From Octopus bimaculoides (Eukaryota), in NCBI RefSeq assembly GCF_001194135.2, contig NC_068983.1, positions 121,598,266 to 121,658,040 of the forward strand: a stretch of DNA of 59,775 bases, given 5' to 3'. Of this stretch, positions 26,261 to 38,932 are shown piece after piece. Below the pieces are notes generated by a model. That model was given only the letters and a program-made list of their open reading frames with translations. It was not told the DNA's origin and made no database searches. The position numbers and the translations under genes are program-made. Every line of letters starts with the position of its first letter. Position 1 is the first letter of the stretch.

Positions 26261-27435
26261 ATTAATGATCAGTTTACAAAGTCAGTTGAGAGCGTGTCAC
26301 ACTCTCCCTCGTGGTCTTCGGACACGAATAAACTGCCATCATACATGCAAACATATGTACATAGTATAACACCCATCCAGAAAACACATATACACACATG
26401 CATGCATATACATGCACACATATATCTATTTAATCATACACACAAACACTCACCCACATATACATAATTATACATCCCTCACACATGCATGATGAAATAT
26501 TACCAACAAAACTGTTGGAGCTTTGAAATATCATTCAAATTCTTCCTAGTACTGTCTACAGAAATCCTGTCGTATGAAAAGGGCCTTTCTCACGTTCTCA
26601 CTTCTAAATGCTTGTAGTAGGATTTCAACACCATTCAATGAATCTTATACAATGGATATTTATTATGTAGGGTTATGTACAAACACCTCTGAATTTCGCT
26701 TTTCATTTTTTATCTTTTAACAGGAAAATAGCTGAATGCTTACTACTTAGGTGACTCCATACACTATTTCAATTAGCATGTGTCTTTTTCAAAATAGCCA
26801 CTGTTGCTGTGCTGATGACGCCTACTAAAGAAGAAATACGAGTTCGCAGTTGTCCTCTTCTTCCAGGACAATTACACCGTCTTTAATAATATACCAAATT
26901 CGGAGAATTCTTGAATTTTCCTATTTGGAGTTAGTCCAAATTGTCATCACGTGATTGTTTAGCCTTCTCTGAAAGCAGAAATAATTTCAATAAAATAAGG
27001 ACTTGTATGATTTTTAATATATCTTCATTCGTTTGATAAATATCTATGTGTACGTGTGTTTGAGTGCATGTGTGCGTATGTGCGTGTATGTATCTATGTG
27101 TATGTATGCTGTATACGCTTAAGTGCATGCTTGTGTGAATAAGGTATGTGCATTATGTTCATTGTTGGATGTGCCCACTTAATATACAATCATACCCCGA
27201 GGTAAACATGTTCAGGTGTTCCTAGTTGAGAAGGAAAAACGTTTATTCACTATAACTCTGAAGTGCGTGAGGGTAAAATGTAAAGGAAAAGAACTATCTG
27301 GAAACTTACGAATTGCACGTGAGTGCCTTAGTGTCTTCCTAAAAGTAAAAAGAAAGTCTTCTTTTCTCTTTTTTGCCGTTCTTTTTCTGTTTCTTTACAT
27401 TCACTAATTCTTAATCACTCATAATTTTCGTGCAG

Positions 27436-27456
27436 GGCTTGTGGAAATTCCACACA
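27436..27456 (+). other. Candidate 21-nt microexon GGCTTGTGGAAATTCCACACA
   Basis: ~80-nt pyrimidine-rich tract, CACTAAT branch-like motif, CAG acceptor, perfect GTAAGT donor. Length is divisible by 3 and there are no stops in any frame. Confidence 0.4.
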
Positions 27457-29552
27457 GTAAGTCAGCATATTTGAATATCTACTTTCCCTTCTGCTGATGT
27501 ATGTATCTGTTTATTCTCACAGCACCGATAAGCATTTAAACCCAATAANNNNNNNNNNNNNNNNNNNNNNNNNNNNNNNNNNNNNNNNNGAAAATTAATA
27601 ATGACTGTATCCCAGCAGGGCCACAGTCTTTGGCCTGGAATACGTAAAAGATAAGTGTAACATACACAAATATATGCTAATTAAAGTTATTTCATTTTAG
27701 CTTGTTTACTCTTATAATACCGATAAGCATTTAGACTATATTTTTTTTAAAAAATGAATAATGGCAGTGCCCTGCATGGCCACAGTCTTTGGTCTGGAAC
27801 ATGTCAAGGATAAAAATATAACATCAACAGCTGTCTGCTATCTAAGATTATTTCACTTTAATTTAGCTATCCATCGATATATCTTTTATTGCATAAATTT
27901 ATAGATCTTCGTGGCATTGTTTTATTATGTTAAAAATGTCGATTGTGCCTCCCATTTCAACACACAAATGCAGAATAATATAAACCTTTTCCCTCCTATC
28001 CCTCTCTCTTTCTCTCAAACTTTTTAATTTTCTAATTTTTCACTGATTCCACTATTTCTGTCTCATTTTTGTTTCTTCTTCTCCCCCTTTTCTTCCTCTC
28101 TGCATATCTTTCACCATTCGAGTTATTAACTCCTTTGGTGTAACACACGAACAAAACAATCAGACAGTAAGAACAGCAATAATAATATTCTAATGATTGT
28201 TCTATCTCTTCTAAACACATTAATGGCAACAAGTGTTCAGCACCTCACGTCAGATCTATGAGAACAATCCCTTTGATACGTATTTTGTTAACATGACCTT
28301 AGCGCTGATCTTCAGTCATGGAAATTTAATAGCCATGATTTGATACATCCTAACATCACCGGGGACCTTCGAAATGTAAATATATATTTATACAAAGTGA
28401 ACTCTGTCTAGAGATAGTAATAAAAAATTTCTGATAACCAAAAGGTTAGCAAGATAATTGACACATACTGGTGTTAATAAATGTTATATCACAAAATTTC
28501 AAATGGTTCATTTACTTGCGATTTAATAGCAGTTAGAACGTTGCTCCACTTAATATTTTCTTTTCTTTTTTTGTGGGGGGAGGAAACTTTTGGGCATAGC
28601 TAAAACAAAAAATTATTTCTAATTATAATTCTAAGGACTGTTAGTAATCTGCTCGCTTCATGAAGCTCTTTGGGATTTAGCTCTAGTATTCTTACATGTC
28701 GTAGCTAGCGCAAGTACAGCATGTTTAAATAAACAGGTATTCATTATATATTAAAATAACTGCCTCAAAGTCCAATTGTTTTCCCTGCGTATTCAGTATA
28801 AAAAACCTTTTCCTTTTCTAACTTTATCTACAAAATGAATTCAAAATGAATTTTGATAAACACACACACACACACACACACACACANNNNNNNNNNNNNN
28901 NNNNNNNNNNNNNNNNNNNNNNNNNNNNNNNNNNNNNNNNNNNNNNNNNNNNNNNNNNNNNNNNNNNNNNNNNNNNNNNNNNNNNNNNNNNNNNNNNNNN
29001 NNNNNNNNNNNNNNNNNNNNNNNNNNNNNNNNNNNNNNNNNNNNNNNNNNNNNNNNNNNNNNNNNNNNNNNNNNNNNNNNNNNNNNNNNNNNNNNNNNNN
29101 NNNNNNNNNNNNNNNNNNNNNNNNNNNNNNNNNNNNNNNNNNNNNNNNNNNNNNNNNNNNNNNNNNNNNNNNNNNNNNNNNNNNNNNNNNNNNNNNNNNN
29201 NNNNNNNNNNNNNNNNNNNNNNNNNNNNNNNNNNNNNNNNNNNNNNNNNNNNNNNNNNNNNNNNNNNNNNNNNNNNNNNNNNNNNNNNNNNNNNNNNNNN
29301 NNNNNNNNNNNNNNNNNNNNNNNNNNNNNNNNNNNNNNNNNNNNNNNNNNNNNNNNNNNNNNNNNNNNNNNNNNNNNNNNNNNNNNTGTAAATACGTTTG
29401 TATGTGTACACAGAAAAATATATATTTACCCTCGCTCGTTGAAGGAGAACCTTGTGATGTATCCACTGGGGTGTATTAACACAACGCTGCTAAACGTATG
29501 CATACAAACAATACACACACACACACACGCACATACACACACACACACACGC

Positions 29553-29589
<37 letters not shown>

Positions 29590-29593
<4 letters not shown>

Positions 29594-30110
29594 AATGTCA
29601 ACGATGATGGTATCACATTTTTTAATCATTGACAATCTTTTCAATAATCAGTAGAATTACAGTTCCGATCAATACGGTTGTCGTTTCCTTGTGTTGTTTT
29701 TAACTGTCTATGTTTAATAGTTTACTTAATCCAGAATAGCGTCGAATAGTATTCTTAGTCTTGTTGCGACTGTTGTAATATAAGTTTCTTAGATCGTTTG
29801 TATTATGCACTTGAGAATACGGCTGCTAACCGTACGTCTTTTTTAAAAGGCGCTACCATCCGGGATTTACTGAATCTTATTGGCATATCATGTCCTTGCC
29901 AAATCTGCGTTATAGAAGTCCACATTTTGAGCAAAACTTGCCTCATTAACAGAATATCTGGATACTCTACATGAAACGCTTTTGACGGTCGATTTATTTA
30001 CTGCTATTATTGAAACGATCGCCACAGATTAGAAAATGTAATACCATCATCTTGAGCCCTTTGTTTACTTTTATACTCTGCGATGAATGTACCAACCTTA
30101 TAACTGGTAC
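29590..30110 (-). mobile_element. Penelope-like element remnant, Neptune-type thumb/linker
   Basis: Minus strand reads KSTVKSVSCRVSRYSVNEASFAQNVDFYNADLART*YANKIQ, similar to the thumb peptide at 35036, then a degraded Cys-linker RNCNS..KDCQ*LKNVI. Confidence 0.5.
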
Positions 30111-30429
30111 GTTTCCTTCCATTTATATTTTGTGTAAAATGTTATTTGGAATAATGGGATAGTCTGTTAGCTAGTGTCTCGTATGGAGTACTTGTTTGTG
30201 GTATTTTCCTGGTTTTCCTAAATCTCTAAACTCAATGTGTATGCGTCTGAGTGTATTTGTGAGTATATTTACACGTACACACACACACACACACATACAC
30301 ACATACACCCCCCCCCCNNNNNNNNNNACACACACACGCACATACACACACACGCACACACACGCACATACACACATACGCACACACACACACATGGTTC
30401 AAAATGTACAAAAAAACCCAGAAGATAGA

Positions 30430-31090
30430 CACAGATGAGAGAACAATAAACAAAGCGTATTAGTTTGACGTTCAGGAAAAACGGAAAAGTCTTTCACGTT
30501 TCGAACCTACGCTCTTCGACAGAAGAATGGAGAAAGAAAACGAAGAGAGAAAGAAAAAAAAAAAGAAACGTGCCTGGATTAACTGTTTTACAAGTTGAAC
30601 TGACCGAAAGGTTGTGGTTGCATGGAAAGGGAGACAGCAGTAACCTGGCTAAAGTATGTGAGCGAGCGTTGCGCGTGCGTACGCACGCTTATATGTGTGC
30701 ATGAGCGCGCGCGCGTGTGTGTAAATATGACGTGTGGGAATATATATGTATGGGAGTGTGTGAGGCAGTGTAACATATGTGTGTGTGAGATTATCAAATT
30801 TGTGTGTTGTAGGGGTGTGCATGGAAGTGCGAGGTGACATAGGGGTGACGGGAGGTAAAGGTTGAGAGGTATTGGGTGCTGGTGTAATGTGGAGTAGGAG
30901 TGTGTGCATGCGTTTCATGCACATGTGAGTGTATGTAGGTGTATGTATATGCCGCAGGGGCGTAATGGTGTGTGTGTGGTGTGGGTACTGAGTTTAACGG
31001 TGTAGAGAAGGTATGTGAGGGGTGAAAGAGGAAAGGAAATGGAAGATGGAAAAGATGTGTGGTGTGTGGTGTGTGTAAAAATGTATATAT
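30430..31090 (-). mobile_element. Non-autonomous Penelope-like repeat with a variant minimal hammerhead-like motif near 30495-30525
   Basis: Minus strand CTGTCGA-A-GAGC-GTAG-GTTC-GAAA-CGTG. This has PLE-type hammerhead spacing with an extra A before stem II, and A6 is changed to U. Confidence 0.5.
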
Positions 31091-33966
31091 ANNNNNNNNN
31101 NNNNNNNNNNNNNNNNNNNNNNNNNNNNNNNNNNNNNNNNNNNNNNNNNNNNNNNNNNNNNNNNNNNNNNNNNNNNNNNNNNNNNNNNNNNNNNNNNNNN
31201 NNNNNNNNNNNNNNNNNNNNNNNNNNNNNNNNNNNNNNNNNNNNNNNNNNNNNNNNNNNNNNNNNNNNNNNNNNNNNNNNNNNNNNNNNNNNNNNNNNNN
31301 NNNNNNNNNNNNNNNNNNNNNNNNNNNNNNNNNNNNNNNNNNNNNNNNNNNNNNNNNNNNNNNNNNNNNNNNNNNNNNNNNNNNNNNNNNNNNNNNNNNN
31401 NNNNNNNNNNNNNNNNNNNNNNNNNNNNNNNNNNNNNNNNNNNNNNNACACATATGGAGGGAGAGAGAAAGTGAAAGAGAAACAATGGCTAAGAGTCACA
31501 TCTAGCATCAAATTCACATTTTGAGGACACCAAATGTTACTTTATGAATGTATTTTGTTATTGTTCTAAGCTTTGAAAAGGGTATATTTTTTCAAGCTGA
31601 AGTATCGGTGTAATTGTATTCAATTTATTATGATAGAGCTAATTAATATAAATCGTAAAAAAAAAAATGTATTTCTTATTTTATTGAACCATAAATGAAT
31701 GATATATCTAATTAATTAATGACATTTTTGTTATTGCTTTAACCAGACACAAGACTCATTATTTCAAGCGTAGAAAAAGGTCGAGTGAGGTGTTTCTAGT
31801 GTAACCCAAGTATTTTTTATAGCAATTGCAGATAGAATAAAAGATGTAATATACAACGGCGTTATTTGAATTCGGAAGCTAGATGTATGGAACCAAACAC
31901 TACATAGTTTTAAAGCCTGGCACTCACTGCTGTAAACTTCTTTAAAATCTTAAATTCTAAAAGAAATTAAAATATACAAAGAATTCTCTCTGATTGGAAT
32001 GTTTTAAAGAGATAGACGTTTAAAAAATTATTAATTCATAAACTGTTTTAAAAAGCCGTTGACATCTCTACAAAAAATTGAAAACCGTCTCGGAACCAGA
32101 TGAACAAAAAAAAAATGAATGTAATATTTTTGCTGCTGTCGTTTAATTGTTTAATTGCTGTTACTTAATTGCTTTGAATTTTTTATCAGCTCTACTCAAT
32201 TAGACCAAGACATGTAGGTAGCAGGTACGCCAGTACTCAAAAATATTCTGTGTTTTTGATATTGCTATTGTTATTGCGTTTGTTGTTGTTGTTGTTGTTG
32301 TTGTTACTGTATAACCTCCGGTCAATCCTGCTAAAGAATACTTGTGGTACCCAGACAGTTTAGCAAACATCTTTGTGCAATCCATAAATCCGACTTACAG
32401 ACTAATACCTATTCTTCGTCTTGGTAAGGACTCTACACTTCTGTGAGGTCAGTGTCGAATTTCTTATCATTCAACTGGCGTTCTAGCCATATAGCTACCT
32501 TACCTTTGTTTTCCAGCTATGTAGTGATCCCGTATTTTTTTTTATCAAATATTCACGTTCTATTTTGTTTTCAAATATACTATTACAGCTTTGACCTCTG
32601 CAATATATCTTTAGATTTCTAGCTTGTTGGGGTTAGTTTAAAGAAGATTTCGGCGTTACTATTTTCAGAAGGGTACTCACCACTGAAAAACCGAAAGTTT
32701 TTCTACAATCTAATAAACCAATCTAATAAATTAGATTAGACACAATCTAATAAATTTCTATTTTGGTCTGATATTTAAACTACACACTGACATAAGAATC
32801 ATATATCTAAGTACTCTTTTTGCACAATGCATAAGATCGACGCTTGTGGTTGGAATTGAACCGTACATGTGATATTTATATTTATTTTATCGACCATGAA
32901 GAGAACGATTTCATAAGTTGATCCGAGGTTGATTTCAGTATTGAGTCGTCGTAAGTAATGGGAGATTACATAACACTTCTAAGCATCTACGCCGCCATCT
33001 AATCCAAACGGTTACATTAGTACCAGCATTACAAATTGTTAGAGAAGGTATGAACTTAGAACGTAAAAGATCGAAATTAATTATTAGAAGCTGTAAACCT
33101 ACTTGCCCTTTAGTCAGAGCAAACGCACACAGAGTCACAAATTGTAGGTAAGTAGGTGCCGTCGACCAAATCTACCCAATATATGACAGACATTTATCTT
33201 ATTGACTGTGAGTAGCTAAAATACCAAGTCGCCCCTCGCGAACGAAAACAGCATTTTATCCGATAGTCGCATCTGGCAAATCAATGTCTTTTAAAATAAG
33301 TCATGTTCGGATTTATGTTGCATTCATTGAGCACTGGCTTACCTAGCTCGATGTAATACGATGTCTTTTAAAGTGCCTGTGTAGGCTTTAAAGCCGATAT
33401 GTTAAACCATTTCTTCGGCAAATGGAAACAACATTGAATAATGATTGAATTGTACGATAGATGTCATTCTCTGCTGAAAATTACAATCTCTTCTTACAAC
33501 TATTGTGTATATATAGTGCGTTCGTGCGTACTTGGATTAAAAAATACATATACATATGTATGTATGTATGTATGTATGTGTATATTTGTATATATACATA
33601 CATGTATGTGTATATATGTATATGTACATATATATANNNNNNNNNNNNNNNNNNNNNNNNNNNNNNNNNNNNNNNNNNNNNNNNNNNNNNNNNNNNNNNN
33701 NNNNNNNNNNNNNNNNNNNNNNNNNNNNNNNNNNNNNNNNNNNNNNNNNNNNNNNNNNNNNNNNNNNNNNNNNNNNNNNNNNGCATTGAAGTTAATCTTG
33801 CTTTATATAGTCTCTGTTGAGTTAAAATCTTCCTTGGCCGTGTGGATTTGAGTGGAGTGGTAATTAGATTTAAGGGTAGGTTGCTATGAAGAGGTGCTTT
33901 GGAGAGAATTTTATTGATCAAATTTGCGGTTATGTTATTGTTTAGAATTTATTCAATAATAATGAT

Positions 33967-34173
33967 TTCAAATTTTTGCCTCAAGGGCAGCTTGGGGGAG
34001 GTATTACGTCAATTACATCGACTCTAGTGTGTAACTGGTACTTATTTAATCGACCCCGAAAGGATGAAAGGCAAACTCGACCTCGGCGGAATTTGAACTC
34101 GGGACGTAGCGACGGGCGAAATACCGCTAAGCATTTCGCCGGCACGCTAACGATTCTGCCAGTTCACCACCTT
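33967..34173 (-). mobile_element. tRNA-derived SINE with perfect 21-bp target-site duplication
   Basis: Family as 17012. aatttattcaataataatgat occurs at 33946-33966 and 34174-34194. Confidence 0.92.
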
Positions 34174-34855
34174 AATTTATTCAATAATAATGATAACCAC
34201 CACCTCCCAAATAAAAACAGGAAATACCCTAAATTACAACAACAGCAAAAACAAGTAAAGAAATTGACAAGCTAAAACATAGTACCTACTTATATTCTTT
34301 TTTAAACCCCTAAAAAATACCATTACAACAAAAAAATGTTGACACGTCCAGTTACTAAGTCTTTAAATATTGGACTTTGCACCTTTGGCCTTTACATTGT
34401 TAAAGCACAGGATTAAATCCAATAAAACCAAAAATAACTTAAACTATTGACCTATTATATAACTACTTACCAAAGGAGAAACACTTGAATATGCGCAGCT
34501 ACTTACAAAGTTCTACATTCATGAATAAATTCTAAACAATGACATAACTTCAAATTTAATCAATAAAAATTCCTCCAAAAACACCTCTCCATAACAACCA
34601 ACACTAAAACCTAACTTAACTGTCACTCCACTCAAACCTCACACCCAAGGAAGAGTTTGAACTCAACAGAGATTATATAAAACCAAGATTAACTTCAAAG
34701 CATCGCTGTCCGATGATGACTTCCCTAACCGAAACTTCGAAGTCACTGTCAATAATATTCCCGTTTAAGAATAATACACTTTTTACTTTACAAAAGTATA
34801 GAGTAATCCATCAGATTAATGTAAAATCGTTTTCATTATAACTGAACATAACTGA

Positions 34856-34893
<38 letters not shown>

Positions 34894-34985
34894 GCACGCA
34901 CACACACATATACATAAAAATCTGTGGATATACATGTATTTATATATAATATATAATACATACGTATATATGTATGTGTATCTAT

Positions 34986-36120
34986 CTACACACAGTTAAA
35001 AAGCATTAATAGAAAATATAGGTAAAGAAATTTCTATGTTATCCTCGGGTATTGATACTTTCAATAAACATGTCTCTTACTATAATAGTACATTAAAAGA
35101 AGCGGGCTATAATTCAAAAATTAAACTCTTTAATAATTACGGACCCAATAACAATATTATTAATCATCCTAACTCTCAAACCAACTATAGAAGTAATAGT
35201 AATGATAATAATAAACAATATAAGAAAATAAAGATAATTATAATATACGTCGAAATAAAAACAATAATACTAATAATTATAGTAAGGATAATACTAAAAA
35301 TAATTCGAAAATGATAAACATAATTATTATATACCCATGAAGAATACACTGACAACGATGAATAATAATAATGATAATAATGATTACAATAATAGTAATA
35401 ATAATAATAACAATAAAAATAAACATAATAAGGAAATTATATGGCTAATTATCCCTGATGGGGCCCAAATTATTAAAGAAATTTTGAACATAAAAAAAAA
35501 CATCCTTTAAAAAGAACAATACGTACTCGAAAATATTCTACAATAAAACTATCAGAGTGGGCTATTCTACAACAAGGAATATAAGTAATATTATATCCTT
35601 AATAAGCAATTTCAAATTAAACAAATTTTATAATAATAATTTAACTAATATTAATCATAGCTACAGCAGAACTATCATAAACAATAAGCATAGCCGTTTT
35701 TCAAATAAATGCACATGTAAAGACAAATCCAAATGTAGGCTTAATAATGATTGCAATCTAGATAACGTAATTCATAAATGTATAGTAACCTTTAATAATA
35801 ATAATAATAATAATAACAATATTAATAATAAAGAATATATTGGATCCACAGCGAAAGAAATTAAAAAAAGAATTTCCCAGCATTATCAGTCTTTCAAAAA
35901 CTCCAAATTAAAAATTTCTACAGGTCTAAGTAAATACATATGGGAGTTAAAATCTAATAAAATAGAATGCACCCTAAATTGGTATATTATTTGTAGAGCG
36001 ATAAAATAGATAACAAAACGTGCTTATTTTGTACAACAGAGTTTATGAAAATAGTCGAGAGAGTTCTTATTAAACAGTAATGAAGAGAGAGGAATAAAAT
36101 GCCGACATAGGAATAGCTTT
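34986..36120 (+). mobile_element. Penelope-like element (Neptune-type), 5'-truncated and degraded: RT thumb plus GIY-YIG endonuclease
   Basis: ISMLSSGIDTFNKHVSYYNSTLKEAGYNSKI (thumb). ORF 35557-36009 has CTCKDKSKCRLNNDC..NVIHKC..KEYIGSTAKEIKKRISQHYQSF..TGLSKYIWELK..LNWYII. It is followed by CLFCTTE and KCRHRN motifs. Confidence 0.88.
35557..36009 (+). pseudogene. GIY-YIG endonuclease domain of a Penelope-like element
   Basis: YIG motif, KxRxxxH and S-x-L-S-K-Y-I-W motifs typical of Neptune-clade PLE endonucleases. Flanking frames are broken. Confidence 0.85.
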
Positions 36121-36940
36121 ACGTATAATAAAATGAAAAATATATAAAATAACCACCCTCAAAGCATATCATCTCCACACACTTATGATGGATACAGTTA
36201 CTAGAAGTTTTAATAGCATTTATAGTAGTATTATATACGTATAGACTAAGAACTAAGTATTTATTAAACAATATTACCTCTAAACGAATAGTCAGGCCAC
36301 ATTTATGTAACATAAATCTCAAAATCTACAACACTTTAAAACTCCATCTATTGCTAGCTTTACGATTATTGCCCCATTTCTAGTTATTATCTCCCCTTGA
36401 CTTCAACCTCTCTTATATTATTATTATTTTTAGAGTATTTTTCATAGTAGTTTATTTTATTCTTTTATGTTATACCCAATTCCCATAATACTTTGCGTCT
36501 GACAGTGAAAGCGGCCATTTGGCCTTGAACTTGCAGGATTAAACCTTATGTCGTAAAGTAATCTACCTTTATTGTTTCTTTTATTCACTAAGTTTCTAAC
36601 GTAAGTAGTATTTACTAATTAATCTTTATTCTAGACTATTACTTCACATTTGACATGAAATATGTTTTATTATGCTAGTATTCACAGGGGTGTATTTTAC
36701 ACAAAATTATTACAAGTAATATAATTTCAATAATATTTATTTAGATATATTATAAGATTTGATATGTTTCTAATTTAATCGTTAATAATTTCCTTAGGTA
36801 GAGCATTTCCAAAACATATTTTAATTGTACTTTAGGTATTTAATTGTTCTTTAGGCATTTAATATTTTTAAATATATTTGTAATTTTTATTTTTAATATA
36901 ACTATTTTTAACTTTTACCCGTACATAATAATAATATGCA

Positions 36941-37023
36941 TAGCCTGAAGACGCACTGGTGGATTTATGTATTAAGTATAGCCTTAATACACGCCCCACC
37001 AGCATAGAAACACGTGTAGCGAT
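36941..37023 (+). ncRNA. Type I hammerhead ribozyme motif at the PLE 3' end (probably decayed)
   Basis: tagc-CTGAAGA(36945-51), long stem II (ctggtgg/ccaccag plus inner gtattaag/cttaatac hairpin), GAAA(37007-10), C-ACGT-G, UA, gcga. The core is intact but the base of stem II is mispaired. Confidence 0.7.
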
Positions 37024-37201
37024 TACTTGTACGACCTTCTTTCCCCACAGATTAATTACAGCTAAGATATATTTAATTAACTAATTTTATTTTAAGTTAT
37101 TTAAATTATTTTACTTGATTTAATTTTCTCTGCGTATATCATACCATGAGGTCATCCTGAAATAGGAGTTGTTTATCGATTGGTAAATATCCCAAATTCG
37201 T

Positions 37202-37230
<29 letters not shown>

Positions 37231-37240
<10 letters not shown>

Positions 37241-37357
37241 GGTTTTTAACTTTTAAATTTTCATATTCATAGAGTGGTGAATAAATCGATATATCGAGTT
37301 TGAAGTCTCTGTCTCTTTTGAATATGAAAATTTAAAAGTTAAAAACCTTATAATATA
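37231..37357. mobile_element. Foldback/MITE-like element with perfect 39-bp inverted arms
   Basis: 37231-37269 is the exact reverse complement of 37319-37357. The 49-nt spacer contains the palindrome tcgatatatcga. It abuts a (TA)n tract. Confidence 0.8.
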
Positions 37358-37560
37358 AACTGTGAGAACGACCCTTAAGGAATCTAGTTAATGATCCCCT
37401 AAGGTAAGTTCTTATGCTATATTGGTAACGGTTGCTACATCCTCTGGAAAATTATTATATANNNNNNNNNNNNNNNNNNNNNNNNNNNNNNNNNNNNNNN
37501 NNNNNNNNNNNNNNNNNNNNNNNNNNNNNNNNNNNNNNNNNNNNNNNNNNNNNNNNNNNN

Positions 37561-37592
<32 letters not shown>

Positions 37593-37600
<8 letters not shown>

Positions 37601-37782
37601 AAAATGGAGATTTGAACACAGAAATAAGTCAAATTTATTTATATAATAGTCAATTTCATATCGCCTACGTACATTTCAATTTCTCACCTACATTCATATT
37701 TTGCAATTAAGATTGCATTATGCATTTAAAAGGTAAAAATAATGATTTTTTTTCTGTATTCAAATCTCCACTTTCCTTATAT
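37593..37782. mobile_element. MITE-like element with ~32-bp terminal inverted repeats
   Basis: atataaggaaaatggagatttgaacacagaaa versus tttctgtattcaaatctccactttccttatat (2 mismatches). It starts at a (TA)n tract. Confidence 0.75.
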
Positions 37783-38893
37783 CATTAAGATTCTGTTCTC
37801 CTGTATCGAATGGATGAAAACATCTGTAACGACAACTGGAACGTCATAAGTGTTAACACTAATATTGACACAGATTAATGAAATCCATAGTATATTAATT
37901 GATATGGAGCTAAACCGGTGTACGTTTTTAAAAAATACATCCCCGTGAAAGAGCTATCTCTTTCCATTCGAAACTTATATATATATATATATATATNNNN
38001 NNNNNNNNNNNNNNNNNNNNNNNNNNNNNNNNNNNNNNNNNNNNNNNNNNNNNNNNNNNNNNNNNNNNNNNNNNNNNNNNNNNNNNNNNNNNNNNNNNNN
38101 NNNNNNNNNNNNNNNNNNNNNNNNNNNNNNNNNNNNNNNNNNNNNNNNNNNNNNNNNNNNNNNNNNNNNNNNNNNNNNNNNNNNNNNNNNNNNNNNNNNN
38201 NNNNNNNNNNNNNNNNNNNNNNNNNNNNNNNNNNNNNNNNNNNNNNNNNNNNNNNNNNNNNNNNNNNNNNNNNNNNNNNNNNNNNNNNNNNNNNNNNNNN
38301 NNNNNNNNNNNNNNNNNNNNNNNNNNNNNNNNNNNNNNNNNNNNNNNNNNNNNNNNNNNNNNNNNNNNNNNNNNNNNNNNNNNNNNNNNNNNNNNNNNNN
38401 NNNNNNNNNNNNNNNNNNNNNNNNNNNNNNNNNNNNNNNNNNNNNNNNNNNNNNNNNNNNNNNNNNNNNNNNNNNNNNNNNNNNNNNNNNNNNNNNNNNN
38501 NNNNNNNNNNNNNNNNNNNNNNNNNNNNNNNNNNNNNNNNNNNNNNNNNNNNNNNNNNNNNNNNNNNNNNNNNNNNNNNNNNNNNNNNNNNNNNNNNNNN
38601 NNNNNNNNNNNNNNNNNNNNNNNNNNNNNNNNNNNNNNNNNNNNNNNNNNNNNNNNNNNNNNNNNNNNNNNNNNNNNNNNNNNNNNNNNNNNNNNNNNNN
38701 NNNNNNNNNNNNNNNNNNNNNNNNNNNNNNNNNNNNNNNNNNNNNNNNNNNNNNNNNNNNNNNNNNNNNNNNNNNNNNNNNNNNNNNNNNNNNNNNNNNN
38801 NNNNNNNNNNNNNNNNNNNNNNNNNNNNNNNNNNNNNNNNNNNNNNNNNNNNNNNNNNNNNNNNNNNNNNNNNNNNNNNNNNNNNNNNNNNNN

Positions 38894-38932
<39 letters not shown>

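Noticed and set aside
32940-33150. ~70-codon open plus frame with several GT donors
   Set aside because: The acceptors are weak, several exon choices are mutually incompatible, and I recognise no homology.
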